Numbered from the stretch's first letter, positions 29,004 through 39,820 are shown. The stretch is DNA of 64,000 bases from Nanobdellota archaeon (GCA_021797085.1 JAKAAG010000001.1:6814-70813); one strand, 5' to 3'. Notes: generated by a model from the letters alone, not told the origin. Numbers and translations are program-made.

Positions 29004-29226
29004 AGACATACTAAACACTGCAAAACCAAGCGTAGTTGGAGTGGATAAAAGCGCTGCAGAATTCTTTGAAGATCTTTCTTTTTCATTCAGCACAGTAAAA
29101 ATTGATGGAGAAAAGGAAGATGATGGCCCTGTTAAATCACTTACTATGTTAAGCATAACAAAGGACTCAGACAGAGGAGCCATAAACTCAGCATATTATT
29201 CAAAAGAAGCTGAGAACAAAGAATAA
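28900..29226 (+). CDS. hypothetical protein (weak YqgF/RuvC-like N-terminus)
   Basis: 108 aa. AGIAVNQGRIIVAVI...VVGVD pattern. Overlaps the upstream gene by ~100 nt. Confidence 0.2.
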   Translation: MTRAGIAVNQGRIIVAVIINNSVQVHRVKSLSEVKDILNTAKPSVVGVDKSAAEFFEDLSFSFSTVKIDGEKEDDGPVKSLTMLSITKDSDRGAINSAYYSKEAENKE

Positions 29227-29227
29227 G

Positions 29228-29638
29228 TCAAACTTTATTGTCTTGGCCGCTTAATACTTCTCCTTTTTCAACCTTTACAAAATCAGGCACCACTAAAAGA
29301 TAATCCTCATCTACGCCTATTATCTGGGCTTCTGCAGCATCTGCACTTTTCTTTAGCTTAGAAATCGTTCTTTTTAACTCGTCTACCCCTCCTTTTTCCC
29401 GTATCTCCTTAACCTTTATGAAAGATAGAGTATATCCGGAACGGATGTCATTTAATATGGCACTTGCATCTTCAAATTTATTAAGATTGTAGTATTTCAC
29501 GTATATTTTAGCCATCGGCTTATCGCCTTGTTCAACCTCCAGTTCAACGTAGTCGCTGCCCTGACTGGAGGAATCCACATTTACATTCTTCTTGAATATA
29601 TTCAAGAAATTATCAAACGGAAGATTTACCATGTTCAC
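29228..29638 (-). CDS. SepF-like (DUF552) cell-division protein candidate
   Basis: KIYVKYYNLNKFEDASAILNDIRSGYTLSFIKV and C-terminal QIIGVDEDYLLVVP resemble the SepF fold. Confidence 0.4.
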   Translation of the reverse strand: MNMVNLPFDNFLNIFKKNVNVDSSSQGSDYVELEVEQGDKPMAKIYVKYYNLNKFEDASAILNDIRSGYTLSFIKVKEIREKGGVDELKRTISKLKKSADAAEAQIIGVDEDYLLVVPDFVKVEKGEVLSGQDNKV

Positions 29639-29732
29639 ACCTCACAACTTAATTTTAATGCTATAAGAAGATAAGCAAATTTTAGTATTTAAGTTTATCA
29701 TTAAGCTTTTTGCATGAAATAAACAAAAGAAA

Positions 29733-29815
29733 TGCAGAGGGAGGGATTTGAACCCTCGAAGGCCTAAGCCATAAGGTCCTAAGCCTTACACGTTTGACCG
29801 CTTCGTTACCTCTGC
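29733..29815 (-). tRNA. tRNA-Leu (anticodon TAG), near-identical copy of the 3013..3095 gene
   Basis: Differs from the first tRNA-Leu at two positions only: anticodon loop CTTAGGA versus CTAAGGA, and D-stem A11 versus C11. Confidence 0.8.
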
Positions 29816-29819
29816 TAGT

Positions 29820-30260
29820 TTATTTTTTGCTTCTTTTAATGTCAACCACGTCTCCAAATGACAGCTGCTCCGTGTCTTTTTTGAAAGTTGAATCAGAAAC
29901 AAAATTCATTTCATATAATGATATTTTAAGTAACCTTTCGAGTCGTATTGTTATTTTTTCATCTGGCAGTATTTCACCGTTAACTACCTTTTTCAGGTCT
30001 TTGGGAGAACAGTTTATCTTCTCTGCTGCATCTTCAATTGAAAGCCCACTTTCCTGCAATGCATGTTTTATTTCGTTTATATAATCGTATTTTAACTGCC
30101 TTTCGCTTTCCACTGTTCTCTGTACTGGTTTACTTGTCTGAACGGCGGTTCCAATTACTCTGCCATATTTTGAACAGTTTTTACAGAGGTTCATTACTGC
30201 CCCTTCTACTTCAGTCCTTAAAAGGTTCTCTTCAAACGCACCACATATCTCGCAATTCAT
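29820..30260 (-). CDS. mbf1: archaeal multiprotein bridging factor 1 (Zn-ribbon + XRE HTH)
   Basis: N-terminal CEICG...CKNC Zn-ribbon followed by an HTH (LSIEDAAEKINCSPKDLKKVVNG). Confidence 0.7.
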   Translation of the reverse strand: MNCEICGAFEENLLRTEVEGAVMNLCKNCSKYGRVIGTAVQTSKPVQRTVESERQLKYDYINEIKHALQESGLSIEDAAEKINCSPKDLKKVVNGEILPDEKITIRLERLLKISLYEMNFVSDSTFKKDTEQLSFGDVVDIKRSKK

Positions 30261-31900
30261 TTTACAAAACCTTCAATATATATCTCTGCCAATGAAACCG
30301 GCAGTTCTATCCCAAAAGAATTCATAACTCTAGGATGAAGTTCACCGGCAAACCCTATTTCTTTTCCGTCGGCAAGTATGTTGTAAGCCCTTCCCTTTAT
30401 AAATGTCTTAGCGTATTTCTGGTCTACATAACTTGTGGATATAACCTTAACAGAAAAGGCATCGGAAAGCACTTTCTTGATTATTGACAAAGTATCCGTT
30501 ACATTTGCATCTTTTTCGCACGATACAAATGAAAGTTTTAGCCTGTTTTTGAATGTTACATCAGAACTCCCTTCCTGCACTATTTCCGACAATGAGAATA
30601 TTTTCTGGGGAAATTTCTTGTGCAGATTGTTTGAAATAAGCCTTAATAGCTCGGGAAAGACATACTTGCTGACCATCGTAACATCGCCGCTCTTAAGCTG
30701 CAGCAAACTTACATAGTCCTCTCCTTCGATGGACGTGTTTCTGAATTGGTATTTTTCATTTGTAAGTGCGTTTATATCTATTTCCTGATAGCCAAAACCT
30801 ACTAATACCTCTTTTATGTTCTGTATAAGATAGTGATTGGGCAGAAAACTCCCCTCAGTATAGGAATGCGGAACTTTTTCATTTATATTATCGATCCCAA
30901 AGGACCGCATAATATCATCGATTATGTCAACCTGATGCATAACATCCTGTCTGTAAAAAGGCGGCTTGACAAAAAGATCCTTTCCAAGCATTTTAATGTT
31001 ATAATCCATCGCTGAAAGTATTTTTACTGCATGCTCTTTTGCTATTCTTTTCCCTAGCAAGGATTCTATCGAATCTTCATTTAAATAAAATCCATGCATT
31101 TCCAATGACAGATTAGTAGATATTGCATTGCTTTGGTATTTTGCTTCGATTATTGATACTTTACCAAGGAACTGAAAATTATATATTAATATTTTAGTCA
31201 CCGCATTTACAGTTTCCCTGTCGGTTCCTGTTATGTCTATAAACAATTCCTTTGTGTTTTCATTTATAGAATAATTATCCGCGTTTATTATAGGGGGCAT
31301 AGCAATTATGTTATTGCTACCATCAATCCACACTATCGGTTTTTTGGGAATTAAGGACCGATATTCGGTTGCCTGCTTGACTTCTTTCATTATCTCATCA
31401 TAGTTTTTTGAAGAAGAACTGCTGAGAGGTATAAAGTTTACTTTTTCCTTTTGGATTTCGCAGTATTTTATTGGGAAGGATATTTTTTCATAATCAAAAA
31501 ATCCTATGGCAGATTTTTTCCGGTTTCTACCAACGTTCCTGTCTAGTCTGTCCTGAATGGCCAAGATCTCATTTAATTCATCTCCAACTTTGCCATTAAG
31601 AACCACATGTAGAGCATTAACGAATTTTCTCTCTGTATTCTCAACTGAAACTCCTGGTTTTTCTATTCCAATTAAAAGGTTTCTTTTCATCTTTATTCCA
31701 AGTTGGCTGGCGAATATGTGTGCAAGAGAGTATTTTGAAACTATGTCTGTTCTATCTGAAGTAAGCTCAAAATTAAGCACATTCTCCCCCTCATCTAAAT
31801 CCAATCCAAACTTAAGCGCTATCTTTTCATAATCTGCAAGCTTCAATTTTTTCCCAAGTGCTTTGTTCATTTCATCAAGGCTATAATTTAGCATTACCAT
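30257..31900 (-). CDS. pheT: phenylalanyl-tRNA synthetase beta subunit
   Basis: 547 aa archaeal-type beta subunit, immediately downstream of pheS. Confidence 0.85.
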   Translation of the reverse strand: MVMLNYSLDEMNKALGKKLKLADYEKIALKFGLDLDEGENVLNFELTSDRTDIVSKYSLAHIFASQLGIKMKRNLLIGIEKPGVSVENTERKFVNALHVVLNGKVGDELNEILAIQDRLDRNVGRNRKKSAIGFFDYEKISFPIKYCEIQKEKVNFIPLSSSSSKNYDEIMKEVKQATEYRSLIPKKPIVWIDGSNNIIAMPPIINADNYSINENTKELFIDITGTDRETVNAVTKILIYNFQFLGKVSIIEAKYQSNAISTNLSLEMHGFYLNEDSIESLLGKRIAKEHAVKILSAMDYNIKMLGKDLFVKPPFYRQDVMHQVDIIDDIMRSFGIDNINEKVPHSYTEGSFLPNHYLIQNIKEVLVGFGYQEIDINALTNEKYQFRNTSIEGEDYVSLLQLKSGDVTMVSKYVFPELLRLISNNLHKKFPQKIFSLSEIVQEGSSDVTFKNRLKLSFVSCEKDANVTDTLSIIKKVLSDAFSVKVISTSYVDQKYAKTFIKGRAYNILADGKEIGFAGELHPRVMNSFGIELPVSLAEIYIEGFVK

Positions 31901-33424
31901 TTAAAATTCACCAAAGACCCTGGCAGATTCTATCTCTCTTAGTAGATCTAAGTCGGTATACGCACCGTAAAGATCCCGGATATCTGCCATCCCGAGTTTA
32001 AGATTCAGCATTCTTTCCATTCCAAAACCCCATGCAACTATGTTTTTGTTTATACCAAACGGCTTAAGGGTTTCAGGCCTAAATACGCCAGAATTCCCTA
32101 CTTCGAGCCATCTTTTAAGCTTGGGACTGAAAGCCTGTATCTCCAGGCTAGGTTCTGTATAAGGGTTATAGGTGGGTTTAAGCCTTATTTTTTCTATCCC
32201 TATTTTTTTGTAGAATTGTTTTATGTAACCAATGAGATCGGAGACAGAGAGGTTGTCATCATACACGACTCCTTCTATCTGATAAAGTTCCAGTAAATGG
32301 GTATTATCCATTGTTTCATTCCTGAATCCTTTGTCAACTGAAAAGAACTTTGCAGGCTTATCCTTGTTTTTTGATATAAATTCATAAATATACCTAAAAG
32401 TTGTTGCAGTGGTGTGTCCACGCATTATAAGCGAATCACTCTTAGACCTATCAAACTTTCTTCTATATCCAATAGACTCATTGTACTTAGAAGAAAAAAA
32501 CCCGTGCTCATAAACATCCTTTACATTTTTGAGAAGCTTTGCCGGTATAACGGCCTTTCCTCCATTTAAGTAAACCGTATCCTGTATATCCCTATCAGGG
32601 TGATCCTGTCTGAACATCATAACATCAAAATTCCAAAAGGTTGACTCAACGTAATTGCTATGCATTTCAGAGAAACCCATTGAAACCATCGCATCTTTTA
32701 TCAATGAGATAAATTTAGTCTTCACATTCATTTTGCCGGATAAAGAATCAAGTATCTCTGGCTTTTCACTGTATTCCCTAAATTTCAACCCGTCCCAATT
32801 TTTAATGTTGTTTGGAGAAAGTTTGTCTATATACTCTGCTTTGAATTCACTATTTTTTAGCAATTTTATCCCTGCAGGAGTTATTGAGAACTTTTCCTTT
32901 ATTTCGCTTACCTGCTCCATTATCCCGCGTCTTATAAGATCCGCGGTGCCATCGTAGTTTACATTCTGTTCTTTCTCCACTATTTGCAAAACTCTATTCT
33001 GCTCTTCGACTTTTGCAGATTTGTCTGGGTTTACGGTTATTTTACCCCCTTCAATATTTATTGCAAGCATTCTTTTTAGCACACCTATGGCTGCGTTTAG
33101 CTCATCTTTTTCCATTGGAACACTGGAAAAAAGCTGCTTATATTCAACTGTTTTATTGTGTCTTAGAAATTCGAATACCCTGTATTCAGGAAGACCATCT
33201 TTCAGATATTTCTGACCAAGATCGGTAAGTCTTATAGTATTTGCAGTTATGCTATCAATTTTTATCAGGCCCAAAGAAAAAAGCTTTCTTGCGGAGTTTA
33301 TTACTGCCGCTCTCTCCAAGGCGTATTTCAGCTCTAATTCGCTTGAAAACATTTCTCCTTTTTCAAGAGCAGAGAGCACAATCTTGTCAGTCTTGTTCAG
33401 CATTCTTATAGTATCTTCTTCCAT
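31901..33424 (-). CDS. pheS: phenylalanyl-tRNA synthetase alpha subunit
   Basis: Class II motifs and C-terminal FRPETLKPFGI...WGFGMERM. Confidence 0.85.
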   Translation of the reverse strand: MEEDTIRMLNKTDKIVLSALEKGEMFSSELELKYALERAAVINSARKLFSLGLIKIDSITANTIRLTDLGQKYLKDGLPEYRVFEFLRHNKTVEYKQLFSSVPMEKDELNAAIGVLKRMLAINIEGGKITVNPDKSAKVEEQNRVLQIVEKEQNVNYDGTADLIRRGIMEQVSEIKEKFSITPAGIKLLKNSEFKAEYIDKLSPNNIKNWDGLKFREYSEKPEILDSLSGKMNVKTKFISLIKDAMVSMGFSEMHSNYVESTFWNFDVMMFRQDHPDRDIQDTVYLNGGKAVIPAKLLKNVKDVYEHGFFSSKYNESIGYRRKFDRSKSDSLIMRGHTTATTFRYIYEFISKNKDKPAKFFSVDKGFRNETMDNTHLLELYQIEGVVYDDNLSVSDLIGYIKQFYKKIGIEKIRLKPTYNPYTEPSLEIQAFSPKLKRWLEVGNSGVFRPETLKPFGINKNIVAWGFGMERMLNLKLGMADIRDLYGAYTDLDLLREIESARVFGEF

Positions 33425-33451
33425 CTACGATAAAAATAAATCTTGTATAAA

Positions 33452-34825
33452 TTAAAAGGTTTTAATTAAGCCTTTTTCAACAATCTTTTTGGCAAGGTAG
33501 GGTCCGGAGGCATAAAGCCCAGAAAACTTTGATTCTATTAAACCACCATATATAGCTTCGTTCACAGGGAATGTTACAGAGAACATGGGATTGAAGCTGT
33601 AATTGAACGATTCTTTTACAAAACGTGGAAGATTTAATTTCTCGAGTTCAGAAAGAAAATCTGTATTAGACTTAAATTTTCTAGCGAGGGCAGAAATTGC
33701 TGATTCTAGTCTGTTAACTGAAAGAAAAAGATCATAGCCCTCCAATGGAAAATCATCCTTCACAGAATCCATGGCCTTTTCAGCATAGTAGCTTGCCATC
33801 TGCTCCGTAGTCGCGCCTGCCCCGTGCGCTAACTCGTGAAAAAGCGCAAAAAGGTACTCTGGGACTGCAGTTAATCTTTCTGTGTTCAGGAAAACCGGAC
33901 TGTATGAATTCTTTTTTATAAGCTTGCCTAGGAGTGAATTATAAATCAAAGTAAATCCGCCAACCCCTTTTGGAGAGTGATGGAGAATCAGCTTGTAGTT
34001 TATCCGTTTTTTAAGGACATTCGAAATGTAAGGCAACATTGATTTTTCATATTTCCTTAAGCTTTCCTCCGAATAGCTTGCACTAGCATACGCCTTGCTA
34101 GAAGACAGCATATAAATTGCGTTTATGTTCTCTAATGATGGTTCTATCTTTGAACTAAATAACGCTTTATTGTAACGTTCAAAGGTTTTTTTGAATTCTC
34201 TGCTGTAATTTTTAATATCATGTTCTATTTCTTCTATTGTCAGTTTTTTATGGCTGAATACCCCCGAAGTTCCTCCGACTATAAAAGCAATTGACAAAGC
34301 AGATATCAATCCCGTTATTATTGGCACCTGAACAAGGAATGGCCAATTTACCATGAATTCTTCAGCAAAAAGACTTGCAAATGGGATGTGCAAGGAATAA
34401 GAGAAATAGGCCGTTTCGCCGATAAATGTGGCAAGACTAGCCACGCCCCCAGTAAGCGTTCCCATTGAAGTTGTGGATATAAAGTGACTGTTTGTCTTCC
34501 TAAGAATATAATCATATGCCTTTGCAACAAATTTTGCAGGAGACAAAAGTATTCTTGATAGGATATGCTTCTGTTTAATATTTGGGTTATTTATATAGTC
34601 ATTGCTGCCATAATCATCCCAATAATCAAGAACGCTCCTTAGGTATCTTTCCAAACCCTCTTTGCCGTATTTTTGGTATATAAAATCTTTTTTAAGTTTT
34701 TTTATGGCATTTAATGTAGATTTGTCTGTGTTGTCTTTTAATATCCGGTTTATCGACTTGTCATCTCCTGCATCTAAACTTGATAAGATGGAATACAGTT
34801 TTGATCTGTTTTCCACAGAGTCCAT
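33452..34825 (-). CDS. membrane-anchored HExxH protein (putative Zn-peptidase)
   Basis: 457 aa with a central TM pair and ALFHELAHGAG in the C-terminal domain. Confidence 0.3.
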   Translation of the reverse strand: MDSVENRSKLYSILSSLDAGDDKSINRILKDNTDKSTLNAIKKLKKDFIYQKYGKEGLERYLRSVLDYWDDYGSNDYINNPNIKQKHILSRILLSPAKFVAKAYDYILRKTNSHFISTTSMGTLTGGVASLATFIGETAYFSYSLHIPFASLFAEEFMVNWPFLVQVPIITGLISALSIAFIVGGTSGVFSHKKLTIEEIEHDIKNYSREFKKTFERYNKALFSSKIEPSLENINAIYMLSSSKAYASASYSEESLRKYEKSMLPYISNVLKKRINYKLILHHSPKGVGGFTLIYNSLLGKLIKKNSYSPVFLNTERLTAVPEYLFALFHELAHGAGATTEQMASYYAEKAMDSVKDDFPLEGYDLFLSVNRLESAISALARKFKSNTDFLSELEKLNLPRFVKESFNYSFNPMFSVTFPVNEAIYGGLIESKFSGLYASGPYLAKKIVEKGLIKTF

Positions 34826-34877
34826 CTTATTTTATTGCAGACATCAATATAAATATATTAAAAATTTTCATAACCTA

Positions 34878-35387
34878 ATGATAATAGCGATATCCGGCAC
34901 GCCTGGAACAGGTAAACACACAGTGTCAAAAGTGCTTGCAAGGAAAATCGATTATGACATATTGGATTTAAACCGAATCCTAAAAAGAGGAAAAAAAGAG
35001 AGGGAAGTAACACTTGAAGAGGTAAATAAAGCATTTAAAAAAAATGAAAAAGACAATTTACTTGTAGTTTCCCACTTGTCCCATTTTATAAAATCGAAAG
35101 ATATAAGTTTTGTGATAGTACTTAGAACAGACCCTATAACGCTCATAAAAAGACTTGAAAAAAGAGGGTACAAAAAAGAAAAAATCTACGATAATGCTAT
35201 TTTTGAAGCAATGAATGGAACATATACAGAGGCATTGCAAATGAAAAAGAAGGTTTTTCAGGTAGACAACACAAAGAACATAAACAATACCATAAAAAAG
35301 GTTATGTTAATAATCGCTGGAAAGGGAAAAGGAGAAAAAGTTGATTTTTCGGAGAAGATACTGAAAGTAGAAAAAATGTTTAAATAA
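34878..35387 (+). CDS. AK6/Fap7-like P-loop nucleoside kinase
   Basis: Walker A ISGTPGTGKHT. About 170 aa from the internal ATG. Confidence 0.5.
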   Translation: MIIAISGTPGTGKHTVSKVLARKIDYDILDLNRILKRGKKEREVTLEEVNKAFKKNEKDNLLVVSHLSHFIKSKDISFVIVLRTDPITLIKRLEKRGYKKEKIYDNAIFEAMNGTYTEALQMKKKVFQVDNTKNINNTIKKVMLIIAGKGKGEKVDFSEKILKVEKMFK

Positions 35388-35407
35388 AATGAAATTATAC
35401 AATAAAA

Positions 35408-36574
35408 ATGGAAATAAAAGAGATAAAAGCGCTTAAAATATTAAATGCGAATTCTAACTTCACAGTTGAAGTAATGCTTACTACAGAGAAAGGCAAATTC
35501 CGCGGTTCATCTCCTGCAGGAGAAAGCAACAGCAAATATGAAGTAAACCAGTTCAGCAAAGGTATAGATGACGAGATAAAAAACTTCAATGAATACCTGA
35601 AAAAGCTAGTTGGGAAGAAGGTAGGTAATTTAGAAGATATCTTTTCAATAGAAAAAGAAATACCCCAAGAGTTTATAGGCGGCCCGTCACTTTCACTTTC
35701 TTATGCATTGATATATGGTTTAAGTGCAGACACGAACAAGGAGCCGTATGAGCTTTTTGGCAGCAAAAACAAGGTTATGCCAGTGTGCAAAATGATAGGG
35801 GGCGGAATGCATGCCTCCGGTTTAGGGATGGACATACAGGAGATACTTGTGACAACAATCGCTGATAGTAACTTCGAAAGCATAAACACAACTTTAAAGG
35901 TATACAAAAAGGTAAAAGAACTTCTAGAGAACAGAACAGACAGTTTTATAGGAGGGGTTGACCCTGAAGGAGGATTCATAAGCGGGTTGGACAACTACGA
36001 ATCAATAAAAATAGTAAGGGAAGCAATAGAAAGCATAATAAAGGAAAGCAGCATGGACATAAGATTAGGATTAGACTTTGCTGCATCGACCTTTTACAAA
36101 AACGGAAAATATGTTTATAAACGGCCAATATACGGAAAGAAAGAAGTTGATAGAGGAGAACAAATAGATTTGACGAAAAAGCTGGCAGATGAATTTGACA
36201 TATTCTATGTAGAAGACCCTGTTGATGAAACGCTTGCAGAAGATTATGGAGAAGTAATGAAACAGCTTAGCAGTTCCATTATAGTGGGGGATGACCTTAC
36301 TGCAACTACTCCAGAAAGGCTTGAAAAAGTGCATCAATACATAAATTCAACGCTTATAAAACCAAATCAAGTAGGGCTTATGTACAAGGTAAAGGAATAC
36401 TCGGAACTTGCCGATAAATTCAAGATAGACAAAGTAGTATCACACAGATCAGAGGAAACCTCCATACCAATAATAGCAGACCTGGCAATTGGTCTAAGCG
36501 CAAAGTATTTAAAAGTTGGAATCAATAGAGGAGAAAGGATAGAGAAAATAAATAGGCTAATCGAATTGAATTAA
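35408..36574 (+). CDS. eno: enolase (short, divergent)
   Basis: N-terminal NFTVEVML...SSPAGES, GDDLTATTPERL, VVSHRSEETS (SHRSGETED-like). Adjacent to rps2 as in conserved archaeal synteny. Confidence 0.7.
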   Translation: MEIKEIKALKILNANSNFTVEVMLTTEKGKFRGSSPAGESNSKYEVNQFSKGIDDEIKNFNEYLKKLVGKKVGNLEDIFSIEKEIPQEFIGGPSLSLSYALIYGLSADTNKEPYELFGSKNKVMPVCKMIGGGMHASGLGMDIQEILVTTIADSNFESINTTLKVYKKVKELLENRTDSFIGGVDPEGGFISGLDNYESIKIVREAIESIIKESSMDIRLGLDFAASTFYKNGKYVYKRPIYGKKEVDRGEQIDLTKKLADEFDIFYVEDPVDETLAEDYGEVMKQLSSSIIVGDDLTATTPERLEKVHQYINSTLIKPNQVGLMYKVKEYSELADKFKIDKVVSHRSEETSIPIIADLAIGLSAKYLKVGINRGERIEKINRLIELN

Positions 36575-36576
36575 AC

Positions 36577-37176
36577 ATGGTATTTAAAAAAATAGACAAA
36601 TTGGAAGCGTATAAGACTTACGGAACTAGGATAGGAGCAAACGCCAATAACAAGGAGTTTGAAAGGTTTGTTTTCAAGAAAATCCCAAACAAATTTACTA
36701 TACTAAATATAAAGTTAATAGACGAAAGAATAAAACTAGCTGCAAAATTCTTGAATGGTTACAAGAGAAAAAGTATTCTGCTGGTATCGACACTAGACAG
36801 TGCTTATTATTCTGTTTACAATTTTTCAAAGCTCATGGGAATAAGTGTAAATTTCGGAAGATACCTTGCCGGGTCACTTACAAATATAAGTTATAAGAAT
36901 TTCTTTGAACCTAAAGTTCTGTTGATAACCGATCCTAAATCAAACAGAAGAGCGATAAACGACGCAAAGAAGATAAACATTCCTATAGTCGGTATAACAA
37001 ATACGGATAATAGCACAGCATTTATTGATTTGATAATACCTGGAAACAACAAAAGCGGAAATAGCATAGGGTTGATATTGTTCCTTCTTGCAATGAATAT
37101 GGCCAAAAAAGAGGAGAAAGAAAAACTTGAAAAAGTAAGTCTTGAAGATTTCGTATCAAAAGAGCTTGAATTTTAA
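36577..37176 (+). CDS. rps2: 30S ribosomal protein S2
   Basis: 199 aa. LLITDPKSNRRAINDAKKINIPIVGITNTDN is a typical S2 core. Confidence 0.8.
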   Translation: MVFKKIDKLEAYKTYGTRIGANANNKEFERFVFKKIPNKFTILNIKLIDERIKLAAKFLNGYKRKSILLVSTLDSAYYSVYNFSKLMGISVNFGRYLAGSLTNISYKNFFEPKVLLITDPKSNRRAINDAKKINIPIVGITNTDNSTAFIDLIIPGNNKSGNSIGLILFLLAMNMAKKEEKEKLEKVSLEDFVSKELEF

Positions 37177-37243
37177 AATAATATGAATAGCAAAAAGTCA
37201 ACTGAAAACATAAATATACTGCGCACTAAAAGGAGAGAAAACA

Positions 37244-37594
37244 ATGAAAGAGGAATGTAACTTCTACAAAAACGGAAAGCTCATAGCAAAAGACGTTAAG
37301 TACTGTAGAACACTTTCAAGCAAGATTTTGGGTTTAATGTTTGTTTCAAGTCCTAAAAATGGTGCATTCCTACCAGATGTGAAGGATATACACATGAACT
37401 TCGTAAGATTCGAATTAAGAGTTATATGGCTTGACAAAAACCTAAAAGTATTGCATCAAACTATCGCCAGAAAATGGCGACTTTATAATGGGCCTGAAGA
37501 TGCACAGCATGTTTTGGAGCTTCCTGTAGACAAAAAATATGAAATAAAGGTGGGAGACAAACTACAGATGAAAATATATGAAAAACAGAAATGA
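37244..37594 (+). CDS. DUF192-family protein
   Basis: 116 aa. GLMF...D...H pattern of COG1430. Confidence 0.45.
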   Translation: MKEECNFYKNGKLIAKDVKYCRTLSSKILGLMFVSSPKNGAFLPDVKDIHMNFVRFELRVIWLDKNLKVLHQTIARKWRLYNGPEDAQHVLELPVDKKYEIKVGDKLQMKIYEKQK

Positions 37595-38492
37595 CACATT
37601 ACTTATTAACCGGATAAATTCAACTTCCAAAAATGAAAAGATATTTGACTTCAGGTTTATATTTCCAGGGGGAGCAGCTATCAATCTTTTCGGTAATGCT
37701 ATAAATGTAAAATTAAGGAATAACGAAAAAACAGAGCAGTATGACATAGAACAGGCATTAAAAGACAGCATTATAAAATTTAAACCTGATTCGGTTCTTG
37801 TTTCTGGAGGGATAGACTCATCTGTTCTGGCAGCCATCGCTGTTAAAAAATTCAAGGATATAAAATTAATATCTGCAGGCACCGAAGACAGTGAAGACAT
37901 TGATTACGCAAGGATTTTAAGCAGTGAATTAAATAGCTCGTTGTATAATGTAACAATAACCGAGGAAAATTTAATTCATGCCGTAAAGGAGCTTAAAGTG
38001 CTTGGACTTGATACTTATAATGTAATTATGGGAATAACTGAATTCTTAGCAGTTGAAAAGGCAAAGGAGATAGGGATGCAAAGAATAATAAGTGGAATAG
38101 GCAGCGATGAACTGTTTTTCGGATTCCAAAGGCATAGAACAATCAAAAAGGAAGAGCTTGGGGAATTTAGAGAATACAGACTTTTCTACATGCCAGCACT
38201 AGACTTATGGCGATTAAATTCGATTGCAGATACGTTAAATGTATCAATTGCATTTCCTTATCTTGATGATAAAGTTATAGAAGCCGCTCTTTCAAAAGAT
38301 ATAAAAGAGTTGGCTGAAAATTATGATAAATTTCCGGTTCGTTCGATCGGCAAATCGCTCGGACTAAGCGGAAAATTAACGGAAAGAAGAAAAAAGGCTA
38401 TGCAGTATGGCAGTGGAACTGTCAAACTTCTTAGGGATCTTTCCAAAAAAAAGAAATATGAAAACGTAGGTGAGTTTATAAAAGAAATATGA
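37578..38492 (+). CDS. PP-loop ATP pyrophosphatase (ThiI / asparagine-synthase-C-like)
   Basis: SGGIDSSVLAAIA PP-motif. Confidence 0.5.
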   Translation: MKNRNDTLLINRINSTSKNEKIFDFRFIFPGGAAINLFGNAINVKLRNNEKTEQYDIEQALKDSIIKFKPDSVLVSGGIDSSVLAAIAVKKFKDIKLISAGTEDSEDIDYARILSSELNSSLYNVTITEENLIHAVKELKVLGLDTYNVIMGITEFLAVEKAKEIGMQRIISGIGSDELFFGFQRHRTIKKEELGEFREYRLFYMPALDLWRLNSIADTLNVSIAFPYLDDKVIEAALSKDIKELAENYDKFPVRSIGKSLGLSGKLTERRKKAMQYGSGTVKLLRDLSKKKKYENVGEFIKEI

Positions 38493-39820
38493 TAAAGGTA
38501 AAAGCATTTGGAGGATATAGTAAAATAGGAAAAAGCATGACTGCAATAGAAGTTGACGGTGAAATAGTATTAACCGACATGGGTGCAGACATAGAGAAAC
38601 TGGTTAATTTTGAGGAGGATAAAAACGACATAACTGTAAATGACCTTACGGCACTTATAGACAACGGAGTTATCCCTGATGACAGGAGTTTCTTTCTAGA
38701 AGAAGGCAAAAAGGTGAAGGCAATTGTGCTTACTCATGGTCACTTGGACCATATCTGGGCAGTTCCGTTTCTTAGCCAAAAGTATAAATGCCCGGTTATA
38801 GCGACGCCTTTTACAATAAAGGTAATAGAAAACCTAATGAAAAACTTCAAGGTTAGGTCACTTAATCTAGTACAACTAAATACCGGTACAATGTACAAGA
38901 TATCAGAGAATATAAAATTGGAGCTTGTGAATATAACGCATTCTATACCAAACAGTTCAATGATAGCGCTGCACACTAAGTATGGGGTAATAGTATATGC
39001 AAATGATTGGAAATTTGACAATACACCGACGCTTGGGAAGAAGCCAGATTATGAAAGGTTAGAAGAGCTTAGAAAGGAAGGAGTATTCATTCTAATCTCT
39101 GATTCTACAAACGCAGAAGTTGACGGGTATACTTTTTCAGAAAGCGTTGTAAAGATCATGCTTGAAGACGTAATAAAGAAAAGCTTGGACAACAAAACAA
39201 TATTCATATCGACCTTTTCTTCTCATATAGCAAGGATAAAGAACATTGTAGAAATAAGCAGGAAAATGAACAGAAACGTGATGATATTCGGTAGAAGCAT
39301 GGATATGTACATAAAGGCCGCAATAAACACCGGTATAATAAACAAAGGAACTTTACCGGAAGTTACCATAAGACGGGAGCAGATAAACAATGCACTTAAA
39401 TATGTCGCAGAAAGACCTGGAAAATATGTAATTATCTGTACAGGTCACCAAGGAGAAAGAGGTGCATTCTTGGACAAGCTTGTAACCGGCCAGTACCAAT
39501 ATCGTCTTTCAAATGAGGATGCGGTGATATTTTCTTCCAGAACTATACCCACGCCGATAAATGAAGCAAACAAAGGAATGCTGAAAAGCGCACTTGAAAG
39601 CCTCAATGTTAACGTTGCAGATGACGTACATGTCTCAGGTCATGCATCAAAGAACGACCATAAACTGCTTATAAAGATGCTGATGCCAACGCATTTGATA
39701 CCTTCTCACGGTGGGATAGAAAAACTAAGCGCCAACATAGAGCTGGCAAGAGAATTTGGATATGAACTTAACAAAAATTCACATATAATCCTTGACGGTC
39801 AGGAAATAACTTTCGAGTAA
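38489..39820 (+). CDS. rnj: archaeal RNase J (metallo-beta-lactamase / beta-CASP)
   Basis: LTHGHLDH motif, beta-CASP region, 443 aa. ATGA overlap with the upstream gene. Confidence 0.7.
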   Translation: MIKVKAFGGYSKIGKSMTAIEVDGEIVLTDMGADIEKLVNFEEDKNDITVNDLTALIDNGVIPDDRSFFLEEGKKVKAIVLTHGHLDHIWAVPFLSQKYKCPVIATPFTIKVIENLMKNFKVRSLNLVQLNTGTMYKISENIKLELVNITHSIPNSSMIALHTKYGVIVYANDWKFDNTPTLGKKPDYERLEELRKEGVFILISDSTNAEVDGYTFSESVVKIMLEDVIKKSLDNKTIFISTFSSHIARIKNIVEISRKMNRNVMIFGRSMDMYIKAAINTGIINKGTLPEVTIRREQINNALKYVAERPGKYVIICTGHQGERGAFLDKLVTGQYQYRLSNEDAVIFSSRTIPTPINEANKGMLKSALESLNVNVADDVHVSGHASKNDHKLLIKMLMPTHLIPSHGGIEKLSANIELAREFGYELNKNSHIILDGQEITFE

